A stretch of DNA of 64,000 nt, taken from assembly GCA_013239625.1 (NCBI GenBank), contig MU054391.1:3811130-3875129 (forward strand), read 5' to 3'. The notes under the pieces were generated by a model. It was not told the origin of the DNA and searched no databases. It worked only from the letters and a program-made list of their open reading frames with translations. The DNA comes from Lama guanicoe. Its lineage: Eukaryota. Within the stretch, counting starts at the first letter, position 1, and each line of letters starts with the position of its first letter. Shown in pieces: positions 13,257-24,890 of this stretch. The position numbers were made by a program, and so were the translations under genes.

Positions 13257-13619
13257 AACCTTTCCTTTCTGATAATAGCAAAGAACATATAACTTACTAT
13301 CAACCCTTTGGAAAGCATGCAAATATTGAATAAGGACATAAGATTTGGCCGTAATCCCACCACTCAGAGATCGCCACTGTAAGCCTTTTGCCCTATTTCC
13401 TTTGCGCATCTAAATGTAGATTTTAGATTTCCCCTCCCTAAGTCAGACTGGCTGATGCACAGGTTTTTGGTGATTGAGATTCTTTGCTTTCGACTTTCCA
13501 TTAAGTAACACGCGACCTCAGCCGCGCTAGTGCGGCTGATGCGCCCAGCGTAGCCGGTGCAGGCAGGCCCCTCCCGGGCCCCTCGGAGCGAAGCCCTGAC
13601 GGAGTCTCTCCCACAGCAG

Positions 13620-13767
13620 CTCTGCCTTCACGCTGGAGGGGGACGACGCGCCCATCAAGCGCTGCCCCAGGTGCAAGGTGCACATCGAGCGGGACGAAGG
13701 CTGCGCCCAGATGATGTGTAAGAACTGCAAACACGCCTTCTGCTGGTACTGCCTGGAGTCCCTGGAC
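13620..13767 (+). CDS. RNF144A: RNF144A coding exon (RING2 with catalytic Cys in DEGCAQM): (S)[49 protein letters not shown]
   Basis: Acceptor ctctcccacagcag|C (alternative start 13617 via tandem CAGCAG) and donor GAC|gtgagt. 148 nt. The Cys falls at position 198 if 45 upstream residues are assumed. Confidence 0.96.
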
Positions 13768-14012
13768 GTGAGTACGCGCTGCGGCTGCGGGCCGGGCTGG
13801 CTGGGAGGCGGGCGCCTCTGCTTCCCGGTGGCCGAGGGGGTGTTCCCGTGCCACAGGAGGAACGTGTTTATTCTGTGCTTGTGGAATTACTCGCTCACGG
13901 GCTGCGGCGGTATCTGAGGGTGGGACTTCGGGCCGGGGTTCTGGGAGTGAAGGGTCCGCCTGGGCGTCAAGGGGTGGATGGGATCTCAGGATCTTAGGTT
14001 GGTCAGTGGGGA

Positions 14013-14360
14013 CGTCTTAGCTCAGGCTGCTGTGACAGAATAACAGTGCAGACCCGGGAGCTGGAACTGCAGACCTGGATCGCACAGTCCCGGACACCGG
14101 ATAGCTGAGGTCAGCGCTGCGTGGCGGGTTCCCACGAGCCCCTCTTCCTGGCTCACAGACGGCCGCCTTCTCGCTGTGGCCTCACCTGCCGGGGCGAGGA
14201 TGCTCTGGACTGTCTTCCTCTTCACGTAAGGACCTTGATCTCATCACGCGGGCCGCAGCCCCAAGACCTCATCTGAATCCAGTCACCTCCTGAAGGTCCC
14301 ACCTCCGAAGACCATCATGTTGCAGGTTGCAACACAGGAATCTGGGGGGGACACAGATGG
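14013..14360 (-). mobile_element. MLT1-type (ERVL-MaLR) solo LTR
   Basis: gtcttagctcaggctgctgtgacagaata...ctcacagacggccgccttctcgctgtggcctcac...gggggggacaca, typical of a reverse-oriented MLT1. Confidence 0.6.
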
Positions 14361-16443
14361 TCCAGAGAAGGGACCGTTCGTGGAACAGCAAGGATGACAG
14401 AGGCAGGAGACCGCGCTGCGGATGCCGGGCGCGGGGCAGCTGCTGCGGTGAAGCTCACGTCACCTGCAGGGCACAAGGACTCATGAGCCCTCTGCTGGCT
14501 GGCAGGATGGGAGCTGCTGGCCTCACACGGCCGCCTCCTCCCTGGGGTACCCCGCGCCGTCTCTGCACACGCAGAGTCCCTGCTGCTGGTGCCTGGCCCG
14601 CCCCTCTCCGATCACCTGCCTTTTCTGGAGCTTCTAGGCCCGATGCAAACGAACTCCTTTCAGCTTCCTGTTCCGTTTTCTCGCCCGCCTCGGGAGTGGG
14701 CATCTTGGCAAAATGATGACATTATGAGTTCCCTTTAGAAGAGTTTATTTGTACATCAGTTTCTGAAGCTATAATCAAGTAGCAGAACTAACCATCTGTG
14801 AAAGTCGTGGTGGTTAGTGACAGGCAGAGCCAGGCGAGTCACGGCTCATCACAAAGGGATGGATTTACACGAGTCTGTCTGGACAGCAGGCATGGTGTGC
14901 CCAGCTCATCTGGTAGGAGTGTGAAGCCACTGAGACCTAATTAAAGGGGAGTCAGAACAGACCTACGTTTACCTTGATAGGGGCTCACCTGTCTGAGGAC
15001 CGCTGAAAAGTCAAAGCACCGCTTCTGCGGGAGTCTCCCTACCGAGGGGCCGTCGCAGAGCGAGTCACCTTAGCGCGGCGTGGCTGAGAAGGGCCTGCTT
15101 GGGCCGCGCAGGTGAAGGAGAAAGAATCCCTAATGGTGTGCAAAGTGCAAGCACTTTACAGAGGACAGGCCAAGAGATTAAGAAGGAAATGAATGTCTCT
15201 ACTAGATGGAGTCTTAAATAAGCTGACCGGCCTGGAAGTAAAGGCCGCCTTTACAAATACCAGGTAGACTGCATCTTCTGGGGCTTTCCTTTTGAAAATC
15301 CTTTGTCCCGTCAGAAACTTCTAATTACTAATTACCTTCACCTTCCTTTCCCCAGGCAAGTTTAGGAGATCAGTTTGGCAAGATTAATTTTCTTTCGCTT
15401 AAAACCAAACAAGTTTTCGTTCCCCGACTTTTTGTGGTGAGAAAGGGATGTTTAGAATGTCCCATACATTGAAGTCTTTAGGTCCTTCAGAGTCTCTACA
15501 AATCATATATACAATTACTTGCGTGTAGGCTGTACACACAGCCTCTTCACATGCAGGCGGGTAGTCTATGCATATGTATATGCATATAAAACACATAATT
15601 TCACATGTTCTGTGTTTCTTTTTATTTTGAAAACTGATCATTAGGTTCCATTACACTGTCTAATGTCTGGCCTGCAATTTCTCACTCCTTATCAACTATT
15701 CCTAAAGGGGGAAGGAAGTGAAATGCCAGCCTTAGCAGCGTTACCAAGTCTCCTTGTAGATTCTTTCTGGGGAGAATCAGAAATGGACTGACCAGAAGTT
15801 TGGCTTCCGGCAGGAGCCCTGCTTCTGCTGTGACCTCCCCTCTTCCCTTGAGTGACAGGGGTGGGAGGCCAGCCCCGCAGTCTGTACCCTTTGAGCACAA
15901 AGCTGTTCTCTCTCTGGTCCCTGTCCATCCATCTGTCTATCCATCTGTCCAGCATCTGACTCTCTTCTAAAGCCTGGTTCCCGTGGGCCAGAGACCTCTT
16001 TGTGTTCCGGCTCCGCCCGGACCAAGGACAGAGGCAGCGCAGGGCAGTTTCCTCCTGAAGGTCGGCGTCCTCGTGGCCAAGAGTGTCTGCTTTTCTCTGC
16101 GGGTGACGAGCTGCTGTAAAGTGACCCGGTGGCCGCAGAAAGCCGACCCTGCAGGGCGGGGCGTCTGCTCTGGGCGGTTGACCAGGGACGGCAGCCGTGA
16201 CTTCAGACAAGTGCGTGAACGCACGTCGGAAGCAGCAGAGCTTCTGAGCTGGAGGCGGGCCTCACCCGTCCCTCTTCGTGCCTCTCGGGAAGTTTCCTCC
16301 TCAAGTGCGACCTCTTGCTCGCGTGCAGCTCAGGGAGCTACCGTCATCTTAGGGTGTCCCCTTCCCTCCTTGTTCTTTCTCCCGCCCTCCGCACCTGGCC
16401 TGGTCCCGTCCCCAGGCCTCACTGGTGAGGCCCAGGGCTCTCT

Positions 16444-16597
16444 TTTTCGGGGCTGTGGGTTGTTTGTTTGTTTTCAGGGAGAAGGGAATTAAGCTTGTTT
16501 GTTTGTTTGTTTACGTTAGAGGAGGTGCTGGGGAGTGAACCCAGGGCCTCCTGCATGCTGAGCATGTGCTCTGCCGCGGGGCCGTGCCCCCCCCCAC
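16444..16597 (-). mobile_element. tRNA-derived SINE (camelid Vic-1-like), diverged
   Basis: The reverse complement aligns to the copy at 16808 (gcagagcacatgctcagcatgcaggaggccctgggttcactccccagcacctcc plus an AAAC tail). Flanked by near-identical 14-bp direct repeats gcccagggctctct (16430-16443) and gcccaggactctct (16598-16611). Confidence 0.8.
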
Positions 16598-16807
16598 GCC
16601 CAGGACTCTCTCCCGCTTCTCTGCTGCACCTGCTGCAAGGGACCCACGCACATTCTTTTATTTTTGGGGGATAGTAATTCCCGTTTATGAAGTCATGGTG
16701 ATGCTCCAGCCTCTGTGCTTTACCCTGCACACCTCTGTTATTTAATATGTGCCCTCTTCCCGTGAGAGTTGGAGTGATCATGTCCTTTTTTAAAGAGTAA
16801 GTCCAGC

Positions 16808-16945
16808 GGGGAGAGGATGGCTCAGTGGTAGAGCATATGCTTAGCCTGCACGAGGTCCTGGGTTCAGTCCCCAGGACCTCCATTAAAATAAACAAATAAA
16901 TACCTAATTACCTCCTCCTCCCAAAAATAAAATTAAAAAAAAGAA
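16808..16945 (+). mobile_element. tRNA-derived SINE (camelid Vic-1-like)
   Basis: A box tggctcagtgg, B-box-like ggttcagtcc, then aaataaacaaataaatacctaattacctcc and an A tail. TSD core aagtccag at 16799-16806 and 16946-16953. Confidence 0.85.
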
Positions 16946-19435
16946 AAGTCCAGGAAGGTTAACAATCTTTCCCGAAAGCACCGAAGGGTGAGGAACGGAC
17001 CCAGCTTCCACTCTCTGGTCTTTCAGACTCTAAAACCCAGCAGCTTGGGCTGGACCAGGCCAAGAGCCGGACAGGAAGCCCTGACGGATCCCTAGTGGAG
17101 CTGCTCTGAGGAATCCGTTCTTATCTCCGCGCATCTGGCCCAGCGCGCCCTCCAGAGCCAGCTCCATTGCTCCTGCTCCCCTCCCGGGAGCCTGATGAGG
17201 CTTCTGGGAACTACGTGCGGGAAACACTCGCTGTCTCAGCCGCACACCTGCGTTCCTGGCAGGCCCTGCCGTCCGTAGTTCTTTCCACCCAAGGGCTTCA
17301 CCATGAACTTCAGGTCACGATGAAATCATTTCTATATTGTCAAAGTGTCTCAGGGTGCTTTTGTCAGGAAGAGAGCCTTTGTTCTGTTCAGGAAGTACGC
17401 CGTGAGTGTCGGCAGCTCCGCTATGCCTGGAGGCCGGGCTGCCGGGATGAGGCCCGCAAAGCCCGTGACCTTGAGGAGCTGGTGACCTCCCGGCTGGGAA
17501 GCTTTATTGCTACTGGTAATAGGTCCTTGTGAGCAGTGCCTCAGGACAATGGATGTGGAGTCCCTGACAGCCTCTCCGGAGTGGGTCACAGGATCCCAGA
17601 AGGCTGGGGCTCGGGCCCAGCTGATGGAGAGGTAGGTGACAGGCGGAGAGCAGAGTGTGCGGGGTGGGCTGCTTCCAGGGCACAGGACGTGGCGAGAAAG
17701 GGCATGGCCGTTCGTGGCCCCGGCCTGGCCGAGGCAGGGGCCCTGACGCGCGCGGGCCTCTGTGCTCACGCCTGCCCAGCGCAGGTCCAGCAGTGAGTTG
17801 ATCAGGACCACATGGGGCGTCTGGAACCTGCGCCCCTTCCTGGACCCCGAGTCAGGATCTGCGTTTCACACCCTGCCCAGGTGACTGTGTGCAGCCGGCG
17901 GTGCCCAGCTTTGCTGGTGGAGATCGCTGCAGACTTTTCAGCTGGGCAGCGCGGCACGATTCAGCCTGTGTTTCAGGAAACAAATCCAAAGACTCTCCGA
18001 GAGCCTCCAGAGCCAGACTGTGCGAGAGGCAGGCGGGGAGAGTGGGACTGCGAACGAAAAGTGCATCTCAGCCGATGTGGGTGAAAGAAAATATAACCAG
18101 GAGTGCAAGGAGGAGAGAGATCTCAGTGGACAGAGGTCAGCAGGACAGCTTCAGAGAGGACGAGGTCCGGCCAGGAGGGGCCTGCGTCCATCCAGGCCCG
18201 TGCTCCCTGGGCCAGATGAGGGTCTGGGACTGGGGGAGAGGCAGGCTGGGCCTTCCCACCTCCCTTGAAGACTTTGTGCCTTTTGTCCCCCCGAAACTGG
18301 CGTTTCATGATGCCCCCGTGTGCATTCAGGCTGCAGGAGGCCGACCTCGGAAACCATTTGACTGGAGAGAGGAAGGCGGGCCGGCCGCATCCGCCCAGCG
18401 GCGCTGCCCTACAGGCCGGCCACGCCACGTGCCGGCTCTGCCTGGCTCTGGGAGGGCCGACTTCCCGCCCTCGGACCCCCGGGCCCTGTGCGTGTTACCC
18501 TTTTCTCTGGAAGACTCTGCTTGCACCCGCGGTTAAATGAGTAAAGAGCCTCGGCCTCTCCTTTGTGCTGTTTACGGACAATTGGAGAGAAAAGGGCACC
18601 TCCGGTTCACGGAGGAGCAGATGGTTTTGTACAGGAAAGCCATTCCCGCCCCTCAGTCAGGGTTTGGGCGCCAGGCCCTGAGCCAGGGCCCTGGTGGCAG
18701 AGGCTGATGTCGGCTGGGGGCCCCGAGAGCCTGAAAGCCCCGTGAGGCCGTCGTGGGAAGGAGGGTGGAGACCGGGGGGGGGCAGGGGACACGGACTCGG
18801 GGGCAGGTCGTTGCCGTGAGAGTCGGGACAGCTGGAGGGGCAGAGGTGGGGGCGGGTCTCCGGCCAGCGCCTGAGCGCTGAGAGCATTTTCATGGTCTGA
18901 GCCGAGAGGAAGCGTTTCCCGGGCGAGAAGTCTGGCACTAGCGGAGGAGGGCGGACCAGATGTGAAGGAAGTCATCTCACTCCCCGGCAGCCCTGCCAGG
19001 GCGGCAGGGAGGTGCGGGCCGAGGCCTCCGGGGAGAGAAGCGCAGCACGGCCGGGGCGGCTGTGGAGAAACAGGAGCCTCTGACCTACTTGTTAGAGGCC
19101 CTGAGTGGGCAGATTCGCTCTTTCCTGCAAAATCTGGAGCCGCCCTGAGCCCAGGGGAGCTGAGCTTGGGCAGAGCCTGAGGTCGGGAGCAGGGCTCCCT
19201 CTAGTGGCCTGGAGCTGTCTGCCTGGGATGCTCCGTGGAGGATGGAGGCCCTGGGGGCACGCGGGGGCCTGGGGGACAGCAGCCCCCTGGCGAGTGTACG
19301 CTCCCCCTGTGTTGTCCTCCTGTGCTTCTCACATCCCTGTTTGGAGCATTAGAGAAAAAACCTGGGACCAGGCAGGTCTGTTCCCTAAACGGAGAGGAAT
19401 CTCCCATCCACCTCTGTTCTCGTCTTCCTTCCCAG

Positions 19436-19525
19436 GATGACTTCCTCCTGATCCACTACGACAAAGGCCCCTGCAGGAACAAGCTGGGCCACTCCAGGGC
19501 GTCTGTCATCTGGCATCGGACGCAG
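19436..19525 (+). CDS. RNF144A: RNF144A coding exon (end of RING2): DDFLLIHYDKGPCRNKLGHSRASVIWHRTQ
   Basis: Acceptor tcttccttcccag|GAT and donor CAG|gtagga. 90 nt, phase 0-0. Confidence 0.97.
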
Positions 19526-21009
19526 GTAGGACTTGCTCACCTGGAACTGTGGTCTCGGGGAGAGAGGAGCCAGCACATCTGTGCGTGGTTTCTGGAATGC
19601 GTGCCGGTTGATCAGAGATCTGTTACACAGAAAACAGAGCTAGTGAGTGCAGTTCCTGCCGGGTTTTCTCCGGACTGAGGTGATGCTCACGTGGGCCTGG
19701 CCCAGCCTTGGAGTGAGTGTGGACCGCGTCTAGCCTGCGATGGGTCCTCGGCATCAGACTCCGGCTGCTTGCACCCACCGTGATCTTGGTAGTGAGCCGC
19801 TTGTAGTCGCCCCTCACGCAGCCTTTGAGGAAGGGCTTTCCGTGGGGCGTGGGGTGAGCGAGTTAGTCCCAGGGAAGCGTGACAGGCAGAGAAGGGAAAC
19901 CCCTGGGCAGCAAGGTCCATGTAGCCGGTGGGGTTATTCCCACTTTCAAAACGCTTTAACCTCCCACCGTGTGCCTGGCGCTGTTGTAGGAGCTGGAAAT
20001 ATTCCGGTGAACAAGACAGGTGCGTCCTTCTCTCATGGAACCCACCTGCCACCCCGGGACCGATGATAAAGCAGCAGCCTGAGCGTGGCGTGACTTCAGC
20101 TCTAGAGGAGATGTGATTGGGGAGGGACCTTCCAGATTGTGTGACCTGGAGGTGGTGTCTGTGGCCAAGCACTGAGTGGTGGAGAGCCGGCCATGGGCGT
20201 CGGTGGGACAGGGCAGAGGGGACCGTCCAGCAGAGGCGGGGAGTCCAGGCAGGGGGATGGAGATGGGCTGACCGGCAGAACCGTGGTGTGAATGTCCGTG
20301 TGGACAGAGCAGGGGAGGCGGAACTGGTCAGAGATGATCAGCATGGACCCCGTGGGCACGATGTCCGGGATGTGCTCTGGGTGCAGTGGGAAGCCACGGA
20401 GGGGGCAGCTGGTTGGCCTCGGGTGTGTGTGAGCTCCTGGGTGCTGTGGGGAGCCTTGACCACGTTCCCTGCACTTCTCACCAGGCCCTGAGGGGGACAG
20501 TCGCCCCGTCTGGGAGGCATAGGAACTGAGTCCCCGGTAGTTTGTAGAAACAGAAAGAGCTCACCTGTGACTGTGCTTCCTGGAGGAGCCTCACTGCCGA
20601 CCGACCGCGTGGCCAGGCGGCTGAGGTCCTCGCCCACGGGTGGGGCGCCGCAGGCCGTGCGCTCCCCGCTGCCTGGCAGGGAAGCCGCCGCCGCGGACAC
20701 TGTGTCAACCAAGGCCCGTGGCTGCACTCCAGGAACACCCATCAAAGTCAGGTGGTAGCCTACAGCTCTAAGCGCACTGAAAACCGTCAAACTGTGCACC
20801 GTAAACGGGCGAGTTGTCAGGCACATGGGTTACAGGCCCATAAAGTTGTCAGAAGAAAACCAAACAAAACACATTGTGGACCTGACTTGGCCCAGGGGCC
20901 AGTTTGCAGACCTTGGGGTGGAGAGTCGATTTGAGCTGCGTTTTATTTCGTCCTCCTGACCAGCACGGCCCGCTCCAGGGCTCAGCCCCCCACCTCTGCC
21001 CTGTACCCC

Positions 21010-21300
21010 AGACAACAGGAGCAGACTCCCTCACAGTTCTGGCGGCCAGGAGTCTGAAGTCAAGGTGTGGGCAGGACTGCGCTCCCCTGGAAACCTGCCT
21101 CTTCCAGCTCCTGGCGGGTCCCAGCTGTCCTTGCTCTCGGCTCACAGACGCATCTCTCCAGCACTCACCTTCCTCTGTGCACCTGCTCTGTGTCCAGACT
21201 TCCCTTTTGATAAAGACACTAGTCAGAATGGATCAGGGCCCATCCTAGTAATGTCATTTTAACTTAATGATCGCTACAAAGGCCCCATTTCCAAACAAGG
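21010..21300 (-). mobile_element. MLT1-type LTR fragment
   Basis: ctcacagttctggcggccaggagtctgaagtcaaggtgtgggcagg...ttttaacttaat...ccccatttccaaacaagg. Confidence 0.6.
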
Positions 21301-23414
21301 AGCTGTCTGGGTCTCCAACGTGTGTCTCTCTGCGTGGCCTGAGCCTCCTAACAGCGTGGTGGCTGGGGCCATGGGCGAGCTCCCCAGGAGGGCGTGAGAG
21401 GCAGGCGAGAACTGTCACCCTGGCTGATAACGTGGGCCAGGTGTCACACCTCGTCCCCGTACCTGTTTGTTTCCTGGGGGTGAGTCACGTGTTCCTGGGG
21501 GTCCTGGGTAGCACTGAGCTCCCGGTAACAGTCCTTCAGAGAACTGGCCCTTGAGAAACGCAGAAACCGGGACGGGGGTCCAGGGCCTCCACAGTTGTTG
21601 AGGAGGGCGCCGGGAGCGCCTCCCACCACTCCTTGCGGCATCCTCGGTGGGTCCGCACCTGCGGGACACCTGCTCCGTGCCCGCTCTGAGCCACGCCCGG
21701 GGGCCACGTGGACGAAGGAAGCAGCCCTGATCTCAGGCCCCTCTCGGTGCTGGTGGAATGGAACAGAGGTGCACAGGTGTGGGGGTCGCTTCCCTGGGAT
21801 GCGAGGAGCCCCCGAGACACGCAGGGTTGTAGACAAAGTGGCCGAGGACGTCCATGCGTTAGTGTTGGATTTGGGATGAAGGGTGAAAGCTGAGTGAGCA
21901 GTGTTAGGACAGTGAAGGAGTCACACTCACTAGCAGCGTGTGTGGTGGAGAAGCTGACAAGCAGAGGCCAGAGGCCAGGGACTGCCTGGGGGACCAGCCG
22001 CACCCAGAGCAGACCTCAGTGCAAACAATTGAAACTCCGACTTGCCCTTAAACCTTTGGCTTTGACAGTTAGAACCGCCCCCGACACAAGATGCAGAACG
22101 CCCATTACCGGAAGGAACTTGCATCCTTGTCGTCTGTTTCTAGTGGTAAAGCGTCAGCGTGGAAGCTTAGAAAGTCTGCGTTTCCCACGTGTCTCCCGGT
22201 TTTCCATCAGCTCGGTGCCCTCTGTTCCCTCAGCCCCGGGACGGGCTTCTTGCTGGGGTGTTCATCATCGGCCTGCGAGCGGAGCTTCACTTGTGGTTAT
22301 GGCAGCCTCGGAGCTTCCATCCACTCACCCAGGAAAGCTGTGTTGCGTGTGCACAGAGCGCCCAGGAGTCACGGTGGGCTCTGACGTCCAGGTGCCCCGG
22401 GGCGGCGGGCAGGACCCTGGCTTGGTGGCCTGACTGGATCTCCGCAGCCCCCCCGCCCCCCGTCTCTCCTCCTCACTCACTGGCCTCCGGCACGGAAGCT
22501 CCCAGCTGTGCTGTGTCGCTCTCCCCGGCCCCTGGGCTGTGGCCCTGCCGTTGTCCTGGTCTTCATCTCCTGCTCCTTCCTCCACTGATCGGGTCCATGC
22601 CCAGCCTGGCACGTCCAAATTCTGCGCCACTTGACAGCCAAGCTCAGGGGTCACATCCTCCACAAAGTCTCTCCCGATCAGAGGTGGGCGCTCCCTCCCG
22701 TGCCCCCCGACTTCGAACACGTCTTCTGACGCTCATCACATGTTACTGCGATTCCCGCTTTCCCTTCTTGAACACCTGCGTCTCATCTCTGGTGACAGAA
22801 ACCCTGTCCTCGGCAGCTGGGACCCACTTCGCCCTGGGCCCGCGCCTGAGGCAGAAGGGCGCTTCTGAGCTCGTACTCGGGTGCAAGCGTGTCGGTCAGT
22901 TGGTTTTTCCCGTGACTGGCTTGCAGCTCCCTCTGCAAAGTGGATGGTCCTGGAGGAGCAGCATCCTTGCTCCTTCAGCTGCTGCCTACACACGGGAGCT
23001 TTCTCCGGGTGGGTCAGGAGGAAGGGGCTGAGCCCTGTTTTCTTGTCCTGGCTCCTGTGGCAGCTGCTGCCTCCTGGCTTCCTCCTCCCAACAAATATTA
23101 ATCGTCACTAAACTATGACCAAGCCTGTTTCACTGCCAGGTTCGGGGGAGCTCACAGGATTGCGAGGCAGAGTGAGACAGTAGGAGCACAATTAGTTCCA
23201 CTGCTGATGTTATGTCCAGAAGGATGGACTTAGCCGGCCCGGCAGAAAACATGGATTCTTAGCGTCAGCACCATCCAATTTATAAACAAGGTGCTTGTGT
23301 GCGTGTGATGGTTTTCAGGAAAATCTGTCAGGGTGTACTTTAACGCACACTGATGTGATGCTGTCACATTGCGTCGTATTTCGGAACTGATAACAGCCCT
23401 CCGAGGTCTTTTAC

Positions 23415-23530
23415 TTCATTTGTTTATTTTATAAATGAGAAAACTGAAGCCCAGTGAGAGGGGAACACACGCCGAGTCAGACGTAGAACCAGGAGCCCCG
23501 CAGGTTCGTGTGTTTATGGCTCTGAACACC
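23415..23530 (-). mobile_element. MIR remnant
   Basis: attttataaatgagaaaactgaagcccagtgagagg is a MIR core signature. Confidence 0.55.
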
Positions 23531-24104
23531 AGGTGGCGGGCTAACTCCACCTTCAGATTCCAGGTCTGGGCTCTGGCGGAGGGTGGAGGGGACCAGTTGC
23601 AGAGCAACCTGCTGCTTCTTTGACCGTCCACACTGCCTGACTTGGATGATAGCATGTCCTCATCTGAGGCTCATCTCTTTCGGCATTTAGTCATATCTAG
23701 GGGTAAGCCTATGTCTTTAAACAAAATCAAAATGTGTGACAGTAATTGTAGGGTTTTAAACTCCAGGAATAATACAGGTCTGGTCACTCTCTGATGCACC
23801 GTGTTTGTGCCTTTCTGTTCTCCCACCTGAAATGGTTTATCCCAGTCCTTGTTTGCCACCCACCTCCTCATCCTTATAATCTCAGCCGTCTCTCATTGCA
23901 AACCCACCTGCAAATGTAGGTGTCTGGCTCCTGGGCTCTCTTTACACCCTGGAACCTGATGGCAGTTTTTGTAAAATGCATTATTATCATTTTGATCTTG
24001 GTCTCTTTCCACCAGACTGGGTGATTGTTGAGGGCCGAGATCTCATGTGCCTCTGTGTTTGCAACACCTAGTATGGCATTTGGCTCAGAGGCAGCTTGTT
24101 GGTT

Positions 24105-24690
24105 AACTGGATGTATAATTGGATGGATATTTGAGGACATAGATGGAAGGAGGGGAGGGAGAAGGGAAAGGAAGAAAAGAAAGGGAAAAAAGGGAAGGTG
24201 GTAAAAATGGAAGGCAGTGAAAGGAAGGAAATATGAGTAGATGGATGGGTAGGTGGATGATGGTTGGATGATGGAAGGATGGCAGGTGGATGATGCATGG
24301 ATGATGGACGGATGGATGGATATGTGGAGGATGGATGGATGATGGATGGATGATGAGTGGATGGATAAACGGATGGTGATATGGGTGGTAGATGATGGAT
24401 GGATGGGTGGATGGGTGGACAGATGGAGAGATGAATGGATGATATAGGTGGTAGATGACGGATGGATGGATGGAAGGATAGGTGGATGGGTGGATGGATG
24501 GAGAGATGAATGGATGATATGGGTGGTAGATGATGGAGGGATGGATGGAAGGATAGGTGGATGGAGAGATGACAGATGTATGGAAATATGCATGGATGTT
24601 ACATGTATAATGGATGGAGGAACGGACGGATGGGTCTAGGTGGATGTCAGTGGGTCGATGATGGACAGATAGATGGGTGAGTGGGTGGTT
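24105..24690. repeat. Degenerate (GGAT)n/(GATG)n simple-repeat array in the last intron
   Basis: About 580 bp of GGAT/GGGT/GAT units with a GA-rich section at 24145-24235. It accounts for the His/Pro/Ser/Ile and Trp/Met/Asp/Gly ORFs here. Confidence 0.9.
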
Positions 24691-24758
24691 GTGTGGCTGT
24701 ACTTCAGCTGTGGAGCCCACAGGCAGCCACCTCACGCTCCTCTGCTTCCTTCCTGCAG

Positions 24759-24890
24759 GTCGTGGGCATTTTTGCTGGATTTGGGCTCCTGCTCTTGGTG
24801 GCCTCGCCCTTCCTGCTCCTGGCCACCCCGTTTGTCCTTTGCTGCAAGTGCAAGTGCAGCAAAGGCGACGACGACCCGCTGCCCACCTAG
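24759..24890 (+). CDS. RNF144A: RNF144A last coding exon (TM helix with GxxxG, Cys cluster, C-terminus): VVGIFAGFGLLLLVASPFLLLATPFVLCCKCKCSKGDDDPLPT*
   Basis: Acceptor cttccttcctgcag|GTC, 43 codons, then TAG at 24888-24890. The exon sum plus 45 upstream residues gives 292 aa, the RNF144A length I recall. Confidence 0.97.
   Translation, partial: VVGIFAGFGLLLLVASPFLLLATPFVLCCKCKCSKGDDDPLPT

Noticed and set aside
16808..16880. tRNA-like sequence with A and B boxes
   Set aside because: It continues into a SINE body, A tail and TSD, so it is a SINE head rather than a tRNA gene.
23874..24735. His/Pro/Ser/Ile-rich minus-strand ORFs (239 and 210 aa)
   Set aside because: They are translations of the (ATCC)n simple repeat.
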